DNA of 64,000 bases. Origin: Candidatus Shapirobacteria bacterium GW2011_GWF2_37_20. Its GTDB lineage: Bacteria > Patescibacteriota > Microgenomatia > UBA12405. The position numbers and the translations under genes were made by a program. Positions within the stretch are counted from its first letter, which is position 1. Every line of letters begins with the position of its first letter. The stretch is taken from positions 66,448-130,447 of the forward strand of contig LBTB01000006.1 in the NCBI GenBank assembly GCA_000989305.1, given 5' to 3'. The notes below the pieces were generated by a model. That model made no database searches and was not told the DNA's origin. It saw only the letters and a list, made by a program, of their open reading frames with translations. Positions 30,026 to 39,051 of the stretch are shown piece after piece.

Positions 30026-30056
30026 CAAACATAAACCCCGCCGTAGCGGGGTTGAA
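30026..30056 (-). terminator. GC-rich hairpin (CCCCGCCGTAGCGGGG core) 30 nt downstream of the fusA stop, between fusA and tuf; candidate terminator/attenuator
   Basis: 8-bp stem with T-rich flanks. Near-identical to the rpsG terminator at 39012-39027. Confidence 0.35.
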
Positions 30057-30079
30057 GTTTTTATCAAAAAAGGAAGACA

Positions 30080-32191
30080 TTATTCTTTTTTATCAGTTGT
30101 CTTGATAGTTAGTCTTTCCTGAATCTCGCGAGGGACCGGGTCGTAGTGACTGGGCTCCATATAAAAGGAACCACGGCCCTGGGTCAAAGAACGGATGACA
30201 GTAGCGTAACCACGGACAGCTTCGAGAGGAATAGTAGCATCGATGGTGCTGAAACCAAAAGCATCAGTAGTACCGGCAATTTGGCCACGACGAGAGGAAA
30301 GATCGCCAATAACGGTGCCCAAGAACTCAGAAGGGGTAGCGACTTCAAATTTCATGATAGGTTCGAGGATAAGGGGTCTAGCAAGTCCAAAAGCGTCCTT
30401 GATTGCATAAGAACCGGCTAGTTTAAAGGCGGCTTCGGAAGAGTCAACTTCGTGGTAAGAACCGTCATAAACAGAAATTTTGATATCAGTACATGGATAG
30501 CCGGCAATAATACCTTTGGCTAAAGTTTCGCGAACGCCTTTTTCAATAGCGGGAACAAAATTGGCAGGAATAACACCGCCCTTGATAGCATTGACAAATT
30601 CAATACCCTCGCCGCGGTTTTTAGGTTCGACGCGAACTTTACAGTGACCATATTGGCCGTGACCGCCGGATTGATGGATATATTTTCCCTCACCATCGGC
30701 GGGAGCGGAAATAGTTTCCCGGTAAGCAACCTGAGGAGCACCGGTTTTGACAGCGACTCCAAATTCACGCTTAAGACGATCGACAATAATTTCCAAATAG
30801 AGTTCACCCATGCCCGCAATAATGGTTTGACCGGTTTCGTGGTTATAAGAAACTCTAAAGGTAGGATCTTCCGAGGTTAAACGGTTAAGGGCGGCACCCA
30901 TTTTTTCCTGATCATCGGCAGTTTCCGGCTCGATACTCAAAGAAATAACCGGCTCAGAAAATTGAATTGGAGACAAAGAAATGGGGTGGTTTTTATCACA
31001 AAGAGAATCACCGGTAATGGATTCTTTTAAACCGATACAGGCAATAATTTCTCCAGCATAACCTTCTTCGATACCTTCACGCTTGTCGGCATGCATTAAC
31101 AATAAACGACCAATTCTTTCGCTCTTTTGTTTAGTGGCATTGTAAACTTCCTGACCGGTTTTAACGGTGCCGGAATAGATACGAACATAAGACAAAGTGC
31201 CGACATGAGGATCAGACTGAACTTTAAATAAAAGTCCGGAGAAGGGTTCGCTATTCTCAGGTTTACGATATAATTTTTCGTTTGAGACAACATCAAAACC
31301 TTCAGTAGGAGGAAGGTCGATAGGAGAGGGTAAATAATCAACAATGGCGTCAAGAATAGGATGGATACCTTTATTTCTCCAGGCGGCACCACAAAAAACC
31401 GGAAATAATCTTCGATCAATAGTGGCTTTACGGAGGACAGCTTTCAACTCAGGAACGGAAATATCTTGGTCATTTAAGAATTTTTCCATCAAGGTTTCAT
31501 CTTCACCGGCAATTTTTTCAACCATGGTGGCCCGGGCCTTGGTGGCGGCATCTAGATATTCAGGAGTAACATCCTTAGTGGTAAATTCCATCCCTTCTTC
31601 GTCTTTATCATAGACAATCATCTTCATTTCCATAAGATCGATAACACCCATGAAGGCGTGTTCTTCACCAATAGGAAGCACCACCGGAACAATGGGACAG
31701 CGGAGTTTTTGATTGATGGAATCGAGAGTACCCTGAAAAGAGGCACCAACTTTATCCATTTTGTTTACAAAGGCAAGTCGGGGTACCTGATATTTGTCAG
31801 CTTGACGCCAGACAGTTTCAGATTGAGCCTGAACACCGGCGTTACCGTCAAAAATCATGATGGCACCGTCAAGAACACGAAGGGAGCGTTCAACTTCGGC
31901 AGTAAAATCAACGTGCCCCGGAGTATCGATAATATTGATACGATAGCTTTTGAAAAAAGTGGTAATACAGGCTGATTGAATAGTAATTCCCCTTTCTTTT
32001 TCCTGGACCATGCTGTCGGTTGTAGTAGTACCTTCATCAACGGAACCAATTTTGTGAATCTTTCCGGTATAGAAAAGAAGACGTTCGGTGGTGGTGGTTT
32101 TTCCACCATCAATATGAGCAATAATACCAATATTACGGACTTTGTCCATGTTTACTATCCGATTTTTTGTGACTTGAATTGCGTCGGCCAT
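30080..32191 (-). CDS. fusA: Elongation factor G
   Basis: AHIDGGKTT, DTPGHVDF, NKMD motifs and domains II-V; 703 aa. Confidence 0.95.
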   Translation of the reverse strand: MADAIQVTKNRIVNMDKVRNIGIIAHIDGGKTTTTERLLFYTGKIHKIGSVDEGTTTTDSMVQEKERGITIQSACITTFFKSYRINIIDTPGHVDFTAEVERSLRVLDGAIMIFDGNAGVQAQSETVWRQADKYQVPRLAFVNKMDKVGASFQGTLDSINQKLRCPIVPVVLPIGEEHAFMGVIDLMEMKMIVYDKDEEGMEFTTKDVTPEYLDAATKARATMVEKIAGEDETLMEKFLNDQDISVPELKAVLRKATIDRRLFPVFCGAAWRNKGIHPILDAIVDYLPSPIDLPPTEGFDVVSNEKLYRKPENSEPFSGLLFKVQSDPHVGTLSYVRIYSGTVKTGQEVYNATKQKSERIGRLLLMHADKREGIEEGYAGEIIACIGLKESITGDSLCDKNHPISLSPIQFSEPVISLSIEPETADDQEKMGAALNRLTSEDPTFRVSYNHETGQTIIAGMGELYLEIIVDRLKREFGVAVKTGAPQVAYRETISAPADGEGKYIHQSGGHGQYGHCKVRVEPKNRGEGIEFVNAIKGGVIPANFVPAIEKGVRETLAKGIIAGYPCTDIKISVYDGSYHEVDSSEAAFKLAGSYAIKDAFGLARPLILEPIMKFEVATPSEFLGTVIGDLSSRRGQIAGTTDAFGFSTIDATIPLEAVRGYATVIRSLTQGRGSFYMEPSHYDPVPREIQERLTIKTTDKKE

Positions 32192-32317
32192 TTCAGTTTT
32201 AATTAGTCAATTTTGAATTGAAAAATATTTTTATAAAAAATAAATATAATAAAAACGGGCATAGAATACCCGCTTTTGGATGGATTATGATAACACGAAA
32301 ATAACAAATTTGTATTC

Positions 32318-32638
32318 TCAGGAAAGAGGTCTGGTTACAATAACAAGTTCATGCCTAACTCTGGTTTCGCTGGTGACAAAACTAATGTTTGCGGTGCTAC
32401 CGGGTTTGATAAGCAACATGCTGTTCTTGGTTCTGGAAGCTATCACTTCCGCGGGTATAACAGACACGCCGTCGACACCACTCAGACAAACTCGAGTATG
32501 TGGATTGTCATTGTAGGCCAAAACTCTGGCGTCTTTTTTCTTACCATTTTCTATTAGCAATTCTGTTTCGTCGTATGACGAACTTCCATATTTTGCATTG
32601 GGGACAATCGATTCAATTTCATAGTTCGGAAATGACAT
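32318..32638 (-). CDS. Hypothetical beta-rich protein (106 aa). Possibly a cyclophilin-like-fold family, but this is very tentative
   Basis: Clean ORF with tight packing downstream of the DUF202 gene. No confident motif. Confidence 0.4.
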   Translation of the reverse strand: MSFPNYEIESIVPNAKYGSSSYDETELLIENGKKKDARVLAYNDNPHTRVCLSGVDGVSVIPAEVIASRTKNSMLLIKPGSTANISFVTSETRVRHELVIVTRPLS

Positions 32639-32663
32639 AGTTGGATATATTATACTACAGATA

Positions 32664-32921
32664 TTATTGACTGTTAACTACTTTTTTAAATTGGTAAAAC
32701 TTGATAGTTCCAAAAATAAAAAGGGCGGCGCCAAATGAAATAGCCATAATAGCAGGAATGAGGAATTCACTTGCTGAGGTTTGCCTAATTAAATAGGCAC
32801 CTAAAATCAGAAAGGCAAGGGCGGTGCGCCAATAAGATAAGAGGGTGCGTTCATTGGCAAGGTGGGTTCTACTGATGGCTAGTTTATCCCGACGACAGTA
32901 TTCTTTTTTATTATTCTTCAT
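32664..32921 (-). CDS. DUF202 (YidH-like) small membrane protein
   Basis: LANERT-x-LSYWRTALAFLILG motif followed by two TM helices. Confidence 0.6.
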   Translation of the reverse strand: MKNNKKEYCRRDKLAISRTHLANERTLLSYWRTALAFLILGAYLIRQTSASEFLIPAIMAISFGAALFIFGTIKFYQFKKVVNSQ

Positions 32922-32968
32922 ATCAAAATTCTAACATTCATTTTAAATTTGATTGATATAATTTGTAG

Positions 32969-34159
32969 ATGAGTAAAAGGATAGCAATTATTGGTGGGGG
33001 CCTTACCGGTTTAGTGGCAGGATATAGATTACTGCAAAAGGGATGCAGGGTAACTATATTTGAAAAAAGTGGAGATTTAGGGGGATTGTTGGGAGGATTT
33101 AAGATTAATGGAACAAACCTGGAAAAAGCTTATCACCACATTTTTAAAACCGATAAAGAAATTATTTCTTTAGTTGAAGAGTTGGGGTTATCAGAAAAAT
33201 TAAAGTGGCATGAGAGTAAAACGGCATTATATTACGACGGGACAATTTATCCTTTTGCCGGAGTGATGGATTTGTTGAAATTTAAACCATTGAATTTAAT
33301 TGATAAATTAAGACTGGGGTTGGTAAAAATATATTTAGAAAAAGAAAATAATTGGCAAAAATTTGAGAATGTTTTGGCATATGAGTGGATGAAAAAATGG
33401 TGTGGAGATAGGGCGTATAAAGTAGTTTGGGAGCCGCTTTTGAAGGGAAAATTTAGCAACGGATATCAAGATATTTCAATGGCCTGGATGTGGGCCAGAA
33501 TTCATACCCGAGGAAATTCAAGCGAAAAAGGCAAAGAATATTTGGGTTACATGGAAGCTGGATTTCAATTGATTATTAATGAGTTGACAAATCGAATCAA
33601 AAAATTGGGTGGAGAAATTAAATTAAACACCATCGCTGATATTAACGAATTAGCGGATAAATACGATAAAATAATAAGTTCAGCACCGCTTGAGAATGTC
33701 GATTATTTAGGGGCGGTGACAGTGGTTTTTTCTTCAGAACAGAATTTAAGTAAATATTATTGGCACAATATCAATAATACCGACTCCCCTTTCCTGGCAT
33801 TTATTCAGCATACAAACTTGATGGGAAACAAGAACTATAGTGGAAAAAATATTTATTACCTCGGAACTTATTTACCCCAAAATCACAAGTATTTTACTTG
33901 CAAAGACAGCTTAATTGAAAAAGATTTCTTCGATTATTTAAAAAAGATTTTTCCGGAATTTAACAAAAAGGAAATTGAGGAAAAGCATGTTTTTAAATTT
34001 AAACATGCTCAACATATAGTGACAAGAAATTATCGAAAGAGAATAGAAAATTTAAATGATAAAAAAACAATTCACGCTAATTTTGCACAAATTTATCCGG
34101 AAGATAGAGGTATAAATTACGCTGTGAGAGAGGGAGAAGGGGTGGGAAAAAGAATATAA
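32969..34159 (+). CDS. FAD-dependent oxidoreductase (amine oxidase / protoporphyrinogen-oxidase-like Rossmann family)
   Basis: N-terminal IAIIGGGLTGL-x8-G-x-x-V-x-IFEK-x-x-x-GG dinucleotide-binding motif. Confidence 0.7.
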   Translation: MSKRIAIIGGGLTGLVAGYRLLQKGCRVTIFEKSGDLGGLLGGFKINGTNLEKAYHHIFKTDKEIISLVEELGLSEKLKWHESKTALYYDGTIYPFAGVMDLLKFKPLNLIDKLRLGLVKIYLEKENNWQKFENVLAYEWMKKWCGDRAYKVVWEPLLKGKFSNGYQDISMAWMWARIHTRGNSSEKGKEYLGYMEAGFQLIINELTNRIKKLGGEIKLNTIADINELADKYDKIISSAPLENVDYLGAVTVVFSSEQNLSKYYWHNINNTDSPFLAFIQHTNLMGNKNYSGKNIYYLGTYLPQNHKYFTCKDSLIEKDFFDYLKKIFPEFNKKEIEEKHVFKFKHAQHIVTRNYRKRIENLNDKKTIHANFAQIYPEDRGINYAVREGEGVGKRI

Positions 34160-34167
34160 ATAACTAT

Positions 34168-34222
34168 GCCCCCTTTCCTGATTTTTTAAACAGACCAAAG
34201 TCTGAAATCAAGAAAGAGGGCA
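34168..34222. repeat. Long imperfect hairpin (~22 bp stem with a bulge; outer arms GCCCCCTTTC / GAAAGAGGGC, apical stem CAGAC caaa GTCTG) downstream of the oxidoreductase gene
   Basis: Read directly. Not followed by a T-run on either strand. Confidence 0.4.
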
Positions 34223-34320
34223 CGCCTAAAAAATTGTGCTTCAACCGAACGCAGAAAGATTAGCTTTCAATCTTTTGCTTTTGGTGTCGGCGTGCTTGTT
34301 CTAGCATCACGCTAGTTGGT

Positions 34321-35001
34321 TTATTCCCCGGTTGGAGGAATAATAATACACATCGCAACCTGCTTGGCGATGGGGGTGGGTAGGTGTTGAAGTGCTTCAA
34401 CTAAGGCTGTCTTCCCTGGTCCATCATGGGAATTAGCGACGAAGTCGAAAACATCCATCACCTTACCCTGGGTAAACAGCTGCGGTGACCAACCAGCATC
34501 AACGCAATGCATAGAGACTTTGTCTCCACCAATACGTTGAGTATTGGTCCAATCTTGCCCTGTTTCCTTGACGGATTTCTTTACGGCCTGCTTGACATTA
34601 TCAAGCGAAGAGCGACTGATTCGAAAAACCTTTTCCAGGGAATCGGGTGACTTACTGCCGTATTCTAATTCAATATCTACCATCCAGCGTTTTGACTGGG
34701 GGTGCTTGCGAAACTGAATTACAACGTCACCACATTTGTAACCGTTACCAATATCAAAAATTCTGGGGAGCCAATATGGAAATTCTGATCCATCGGTATT
34801 TATACCCAGAGTTTTGATAAGTTTGGCAAAAAAGTGCTTACCGTTTTTTCGAGCCAGAAGAAAATTATCAGCGAAAATTTCGCCATCTTCTTCCCGAATG
34901 TTTTGCAGCGTTAGCTGCCAATCGTTAACGGGATCAGTTTTAAAGCTGATATTTACGGTAGACCCGTTTTGGATTGTTAAAGTGCGATTATCGTTCATCA
35001 A
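34321..35001 (-). CDS. Hypothetical protein (226 aa), GC-elevated orphan gene flanked by an imperfect inverted repeat
   Basis: Clean ORF with RBS AAGGAGAG and 4-nt spacing. Sampled 60-nt stretches give ~46-52% GC versus ~38% background. No recognisable family. Confidence 0.6.
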   Translation of the reverse strand: MMNDNRTLTIQNGSTVNISFKTDPVNDWQLTLQNIREEDGEIFADNFLLARKNGKHFFAKLIKTLGINTDGSEFPYWLPRIFDIGNGYKCGDVVIQFRKHPQSKRWMVDIELEYGSKSPDSLEKVFRISRSSLDNVKQAVKKSVKETGQDWTNTQRIGGDKVSMHCVDAGWSPQLFTQGKVMDVFDFVANSHDGPGKTALVEALQHLPTPIAKQVAMCIIIPPTGE

Positions 35002-35053
35002 GCTCTCCTTATGTAGGGGATGAGAAACGACGCTAAAACAAGCACGGTAATTA

Positions 35054-35076
35054 TATCCTATAATCTATAGGATATC
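35054..35076. promoter_or_regulatory. Perfect 10-bp inverted repeat ATATCCTATA atc TATAGGATAT, 53 nt upstream of the orphan gene start; candidate operator
   Basis: Read directly from the sequence. Confidence 0.35.
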
Positions 35077-35108
35077 AATATATTTACTGGGTAATATGGG
35101 AAATAAGT

Positions 35109-35984
35109 TTATTGATTTATTTGTTTTTTGACTTCTTCCAAGCCTTCACGCAGAGTTTTCATTTGGATACCGAGTGTTTTAACTTTTTCATTACTCAAAG
35201 CGGCGTTTTTGGCGAAAGGGCGGGCATTTTCTGTTTTTAAATAATCACTGAGCTTGGTAGCGATAATCTTAGAAGTATCTAAAGCAAAAACTTCGGCGAC
35301 GGTCATCGCCATTTGATAAGGCGATTGAGAAGAAGAACCAACGAGGTGGTAAATACCGGTGGGTTTTTTATCGAAGAATATTTTTAGGCCATTGGCAATA
35401 TCATCAACAAAAGTGGGGGTAGTAATTTGATCGTCGAAGAGATTGAGAGTATCACCATTCTCGATTTTAAATTTGATTTTACGGATAATATCAATTTTTG
35501 TTTCATATTTGGCCCGATAAGGAAAAGCCAAGCGAACGATTGAGGCTGGGATAAAAGAATCGGTAACTACTTTTTCGGCCATAGCTTTAGTTTCACCATA
35601 CCATTCGACCGCAGAAACGGCATCTTCTTCAATGTAAGGGGTATCTTTTTGACCGTTAAAAACGTAATCCGTGGAGATATGAATTAAATATTTGTTATAT
35701 TTTTTGCACATGTTAACGATATTTTGAGTCCCGTTGACATTTAGCTGATAACAAAGACCGGTCTTATCCCCTTTTTGATCCCAAGCGGCATTGGTGTCAG
35801 TAAAAGCGGCAAGGTGTAGTACTGCCTGCGCATCAGGATTGTCGGTAAAAACTTTTTCCAAAGAGATTGGATCCAAAATACTAATTCCGGTTTCGATAGA
35901 AATATTTACAAATTCAATATCAGGATTTAATTCAGTAATTCTTGAACCAACTAAGCCTGTTAAACCGGTGCCAATAATTTTCAT
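35109..35984 (-). CDS. rfbD: dTDP-4-dehydrorhamnose reductase
   Basis: RmlD substrate-binding fold: STDYVFNG motif and N-terminal GxxGxxG. Confidence 0.8.
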   Translation of the reverse strand: MKIIGTGLTGLVGSRITELNPDIEFVNISIETGISILDPISLEKVFTDNPDAQAVLHLAAFTDTNAAWDQKGDKTGLCYQLNVNGTQNIVNMCKKYNKYLIHISTDYVFNGQKDTPYIEEDAVSAVEWYGETKAMAEKVVTDSFIPASIVRLAFPYRAKYETKIDIIRKIKFKIENGDTLNLFDDQITTPTFVDDIANGLKIFFDKKPTGIYHLVGSSSQSPYQMAMTVAEVFALDTSKIIATKLSDYLKTENARPFAKNAALSNEKVKTLGIQMKTLREGLEEVKKQINQ

Positions 35985-36013
35985 TTTTGTTATATAAAAT
36001 ATTAATTTCTAAA

Positions 36014-36574
36014 TTACCACTTAAGGGTTTTGAGTTCGGCTTCAATGTCTTTGAGTTTGGGCCAAATTTTATCTTTTTCCGCAAGCAATGGATTGGCGGC
36101 CAACCAGGCAACATTAATATCGGGGTCGTTCCAGATTATTCCGCCCTCGGACTCTTTGTTGTAGAAATTACTACATTTGTATTGAAAATCGGCAGTTTCC
36201 GAGAGAGTGTAAAATCCGTGAGCAAAACCGGCAGGAATAAAAAACATATTTTTGTTTTCTGCTGTAAGATGGGCCGTATCATATTTACCAAAGGTGGGAG
36301 AATCAGGACGAAGATCAACAGCAACATCTAACACTTCACCGTTCGTTACTCGAACCAGTTTAGCTTGAGCAAAAGGAGGTTTTTGAAAATGAAGACCACG
36401 GAGAACCCCCTGAGCTGAGCGGGAGTGGTTGTCCTGAACAAAATCGACGGTAATACCATTGTCGGTAAATTCCTTTTTATTGTAAGTTTCCATAAAAAAA
36501 CCTCGGTTGTCACCAAAGACCTGAGGTTCAATTAAAACCAGACCAGGAATAGAGAGTGGGGTAAATTTCATCAT
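36014..36574 (-). CDS. rfbC: dTDP-4-dehydrorhamnose 3,5-epimerase
   Basis: Cupin fold with RGLHFQ motif; 186 aa. Confidence 0.85.
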   Translation of the reverse strand: MMKFTPLSIPGLVLIEPQVFGDNRGFFMETYNKKEFTDNGITVDFVQDNHSRSAQGVLRGLHFQKPPFAQAKLVRVTNGEVLDVAVDLRPDSPTFGKYDTAHLTAENKNMFFIPAGFAHGFYTLSETADFQYKCSNFYNKESEGGIIWNDPDINVAWLAANPLLAEKDKIWPKLKDIEAELKTLKW

Positions 36575-36594
36575 ATGAACTAGTATAACAAAGA

Positions 36595-37614
36595 CTACTT
36601 ACTTCTGGTGGCATTTAAGCGCTGGTAAAAAGCTTCGGCTTCGGTTTTAGCTTCACGCCACCAAGCCTCATTTTCTTGGTACCAAGCAACAGTTTTTTTG
36701 ATTCCCTCTTCAAAACTGAGACTGGGGGACCAATTTAATTCACGATGTATTTTTTCCCAAGAAACAGCATAACGACGATCATGGCCAGGACGATCGGCCA
36801 CAAATTCTAAATCAGATTCTGTTTTACCCATAATGGAGAGAATGGTTTTGGCCACTTCGAGATTGGAATAGTCTTTAACTAAGCCACCGATGTTATAAGA
36901 ATCGCCTATTTTACCTTTTAAAATGATAGCTTCGATGGCGGAACAATGATCTTCAACAAAAAGCCAGTCACGGACATAGAGACCATCACCGTAGACGGGA
37001 ATTTTTTTACCATCCATTAGGTTGGTAATCATTCTGGGAATAAATTTTTCTGGGGACTGAAAAGCGCCGTAGTTGTTGGAACAATTACTCAGAGTAACCG
37101 GAAGATTGAAGGTGTGAAAAAAAGAACGGACAAAGTGGTCTGAAGAAGCTTTGGAAGCAGAATAGGGACTGCGGGGATCGTAATGAGTGTCCTCGGTGAA
37201 TTTTTCATCAGTATCAAGAGGAAGGGCGCCAAAGACCTCGTCGGTAGAAACATGGTGAAAACGAAGGTCACCATGTTTTTTGGCTGAATTTAGAAGGGTA
37301 TAGGTACCCAAAACATTAGTTTTGACAAAAAGCAGAGGATCGTCAATGGAACGATCAACATGAGATTCGGCGGCAAAATGAATTATTAATTCAATGCCGT
37401 CTGAGAGAATTTTATCGACAAGGGCCTCATCGCAAATATCTCCTTTTATGAATTGGTACTGAGGATTATTGTCAAGATCACGCAGAGATTCAGGATTAGC
37501 GGCATAAGTTAATTTGTCCAAGTTGACAATAATGTCAGAAGGATGACGAGAAAACCAATAATGAATAAAATTACTGCCAATAAAACCACAACCACCGGTG
37601 ACAAGAATTTTCAT
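36595..37614 (-). CDS. rfbB: dTDP-glucose 4,6-dehydratase
   Basis: MKILVTGGCGFIGSNF Rossmann start; YSASKA catalytic motif. Confidence 0.85.
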   Translation of the reverse strand: MKILVTGGCGFIGSNFIHYWFSRHPSDIIVNLDKLTYAANPESLRDLDNNPQYQFIKGDICDEALVDKILSDGIELIIHFAAESHVDRSIDDPLLFVKTNVLGTYTLLNSAKKHGDLRFHHVSTDEVFGALPLDTDEKFTEDTHYDPRSPYSASKASSDHFVRSFFHTFNLPVTLSNCSNNYGAFQSPEKFIPRMITNLMDGKKIPVYGDGLYVRDWLFVEDHCSAIEAIILKGKIGDSYNIGGLVKDYSNLEVAKTILSIMGKTESDLEFVADRPGHDRRYAVSWEKIHRELNWSPSLSFEEGIKKTVAWYQENEAWWREAKTEAEAFYQRLNATRSK

Positions 37615-37626
37615 AGTTTTTTATGA

Positions 37627-38976
37627 TTAAGGAATAAGAGTAGGAGAAGCCGAGGGAGAACTGACTGAGGAACCGGTTTTTAAATCAACCCCAATAATGA
37701 AGACAACATCGTAAGTTGAGGTGCTGACCAGTTCTGAGGTAGTGGCGGAAGCAAATTCAGTCAGGTTTTGTAAGAAATAGTCGGGAGCGAGGGTTTTCTT
37801 AATCTGAATTTCGTTTTTAGTGGCAGATTCTTTACTGTTTCCGGTGGCAACACTGGTAAAACCAAGTTTGACCAGCTCCGCTTTGAGGGTGGCCGCCTGA
37901 CCATTGATGTCAGTGGCATTTAAGACTTGAATTTTTATATCTTTGCTAATTTCAATCGGAGTGGGAGTGGGAGCTTCGGTCACCGGAGTAGCCGAGATTT
38001 CTTCGGTTTTATTCTCACCGCCGGGAGAATTGATATCAGTATTTTTATTCTGATTAAGAATAAACCAGACAATAATTGAGGCAACAATAGCCGTGATTAT
38101 AAAAACGGCGATAATTGGTAGAAGACTTTTTTTATTGTTTTCCATAGGTGATTGAGAATTTGAATCGATAATATTTGAGGCAGGTTTTGAAATAGGGCTT
38201 GTCTTTATTATAGCAGTAAGTGGCTTGGCGCTGCCAACGAAGAAAGAAAGGACCGGTAGGGGTAAATTTGAGGCTTTGTTAAAACGCTGACAGATTTCTG
38301 ATTCGTTGTAATTTACGTCCGGTAAATATTGAACTGGTTCTTTATTGGCAAAATAAGCTTGAGCGTAATTTAAAAGTTTTTTAAGTTCGGGTAGAGCTTT
38401 TTTAATGACTGAAGTTAAATAGACATGGCCTTGATTTGCGAGAATGGCCACATAATCATGACTATTGACGGGATAAAAGAAAAAATATTGACCATTATCA
38501 AAAGCGGAATATAGTTTAGCAACAGCAGAGGAAACCGTCTCATAATCTAATACTTTAAGGTTAAGTTTTTGAAGATTGGTGGTTAAAACCTGAAATTTTT
38601 CCTGATTAAAAATACGGGTTCGAACTAAAGTTCGTTCATTGTCGGCCTCCAAATCGAAAGTTACTGATTCGGGAGATATTTTGAAATCAGTGGAATCTTT
38701 GGCTAAAGTAATAACTTCACCCGGATCAAGCTTGGTAACAACTGAATCGTAAACAAAGGTTTTAGTAATAACATAGGAGTCGTTTAAAAGAACATTGACT
38801 TCGGAAATTTTATTTTGATGAAAAAAAGAAGCCAAATTACGCAGACTCTCTTCGTCTTGCTCTTTCCACAAATCAATCTCGAAGGAAAAGGTGTTATTGT
38901 CGCTTTGATCTAAATAAATTTCCAGGCTATCATCTTTGGGCCAAAGCACAACTTTAGGTTTTGAAAAGAATGACAT
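37627..38976 (-). CDS. Single-pass membrane protein with C-terminal LytR_C (LytR/CpsA/Psr C-terminal) domain and an uncharacterised cytoplasmic N-terminal domain
   Basis: TM helix LLPIIAVFIITAIVASIIVWFIL. C-terminal VLNATDINGQAA-x-LKAEL-x-x-LGF...DVVFIIGVD matches the LytR_C pattern. Confidence 0.55.
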   Translation of the reverse strand: MSFFSKPKVVLWPKDDSLEIYLDQSDNNTFSFEIDLWKEQDEESLRNLASFFHQNKISEVNVLLNDSYVITKTFVYDSVVTKLDPGEVITLAKDSTDFKISPESVTFDLEADNERTLVRTRIFNQEKFQVLTTNLQKLNLKVLDYETVSSAVAKLYSAFDNGQYFFFYPVNSHDYVAILANQGHVYLTSVIKKALPELKKLLNYAQAYFANKEPVQYLPDVNYNESEICQRFNKASNLPLPVLSFFVGSAKPLTAIIKTSPISKPASNIIDSNSQSPMENNKKSLLPIIAVFIITAIVASIIVWFILNQNKNTDINSPGGENKTEEISATPVTEAPTPTPIEISKDIKIQVLNATDINGQAATLKAELVKLGFTSVATGNSKESATKNEIQIKKTLAPDYFLQNLTEFASATTSELVSTSTYDVVFIIGVDLKTGSSVSSPSASPTLIP

Positions 38977-38997
38977 TAAAATATCTTAACATATTGG

Positions 38998-39030
38998 ACC
39001 AATAACAAAAACCCCGCCGAAGCGGGGTTT
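38998..39030 (-). terminator. Rho-independent terminator after rpsG (stem AAACCCCGC / GCGGGGTTT, loop CGAA, U-run on the minus strand)
   Basis: Read directly from the sequence. Confidence 0.6.
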
Positions 39031-39051
39031 ACGATTTTGAATAAGGATAAC

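Noticed and set aside
17285-31975. Many 60-160 aa antisense or alternate-frame ORFs inside ribosomal protein, EF-Tu and EF-G genes (for example 17285..17758, 28775..29221, 28941..29393, 31658..31975)
   Set aside because: They overlap highly conserved, obviously real genes on the opposite strand or in another frame. They are typical shadow ORFs.
32318-32638. Assigning the 106-aa protein to the cyclophilin-like (DUF369-type) family
   Set aside because: This rests on a vague resemblance from memory. No diagnostic motif could be verified by eye, so it is left as hypothetical.
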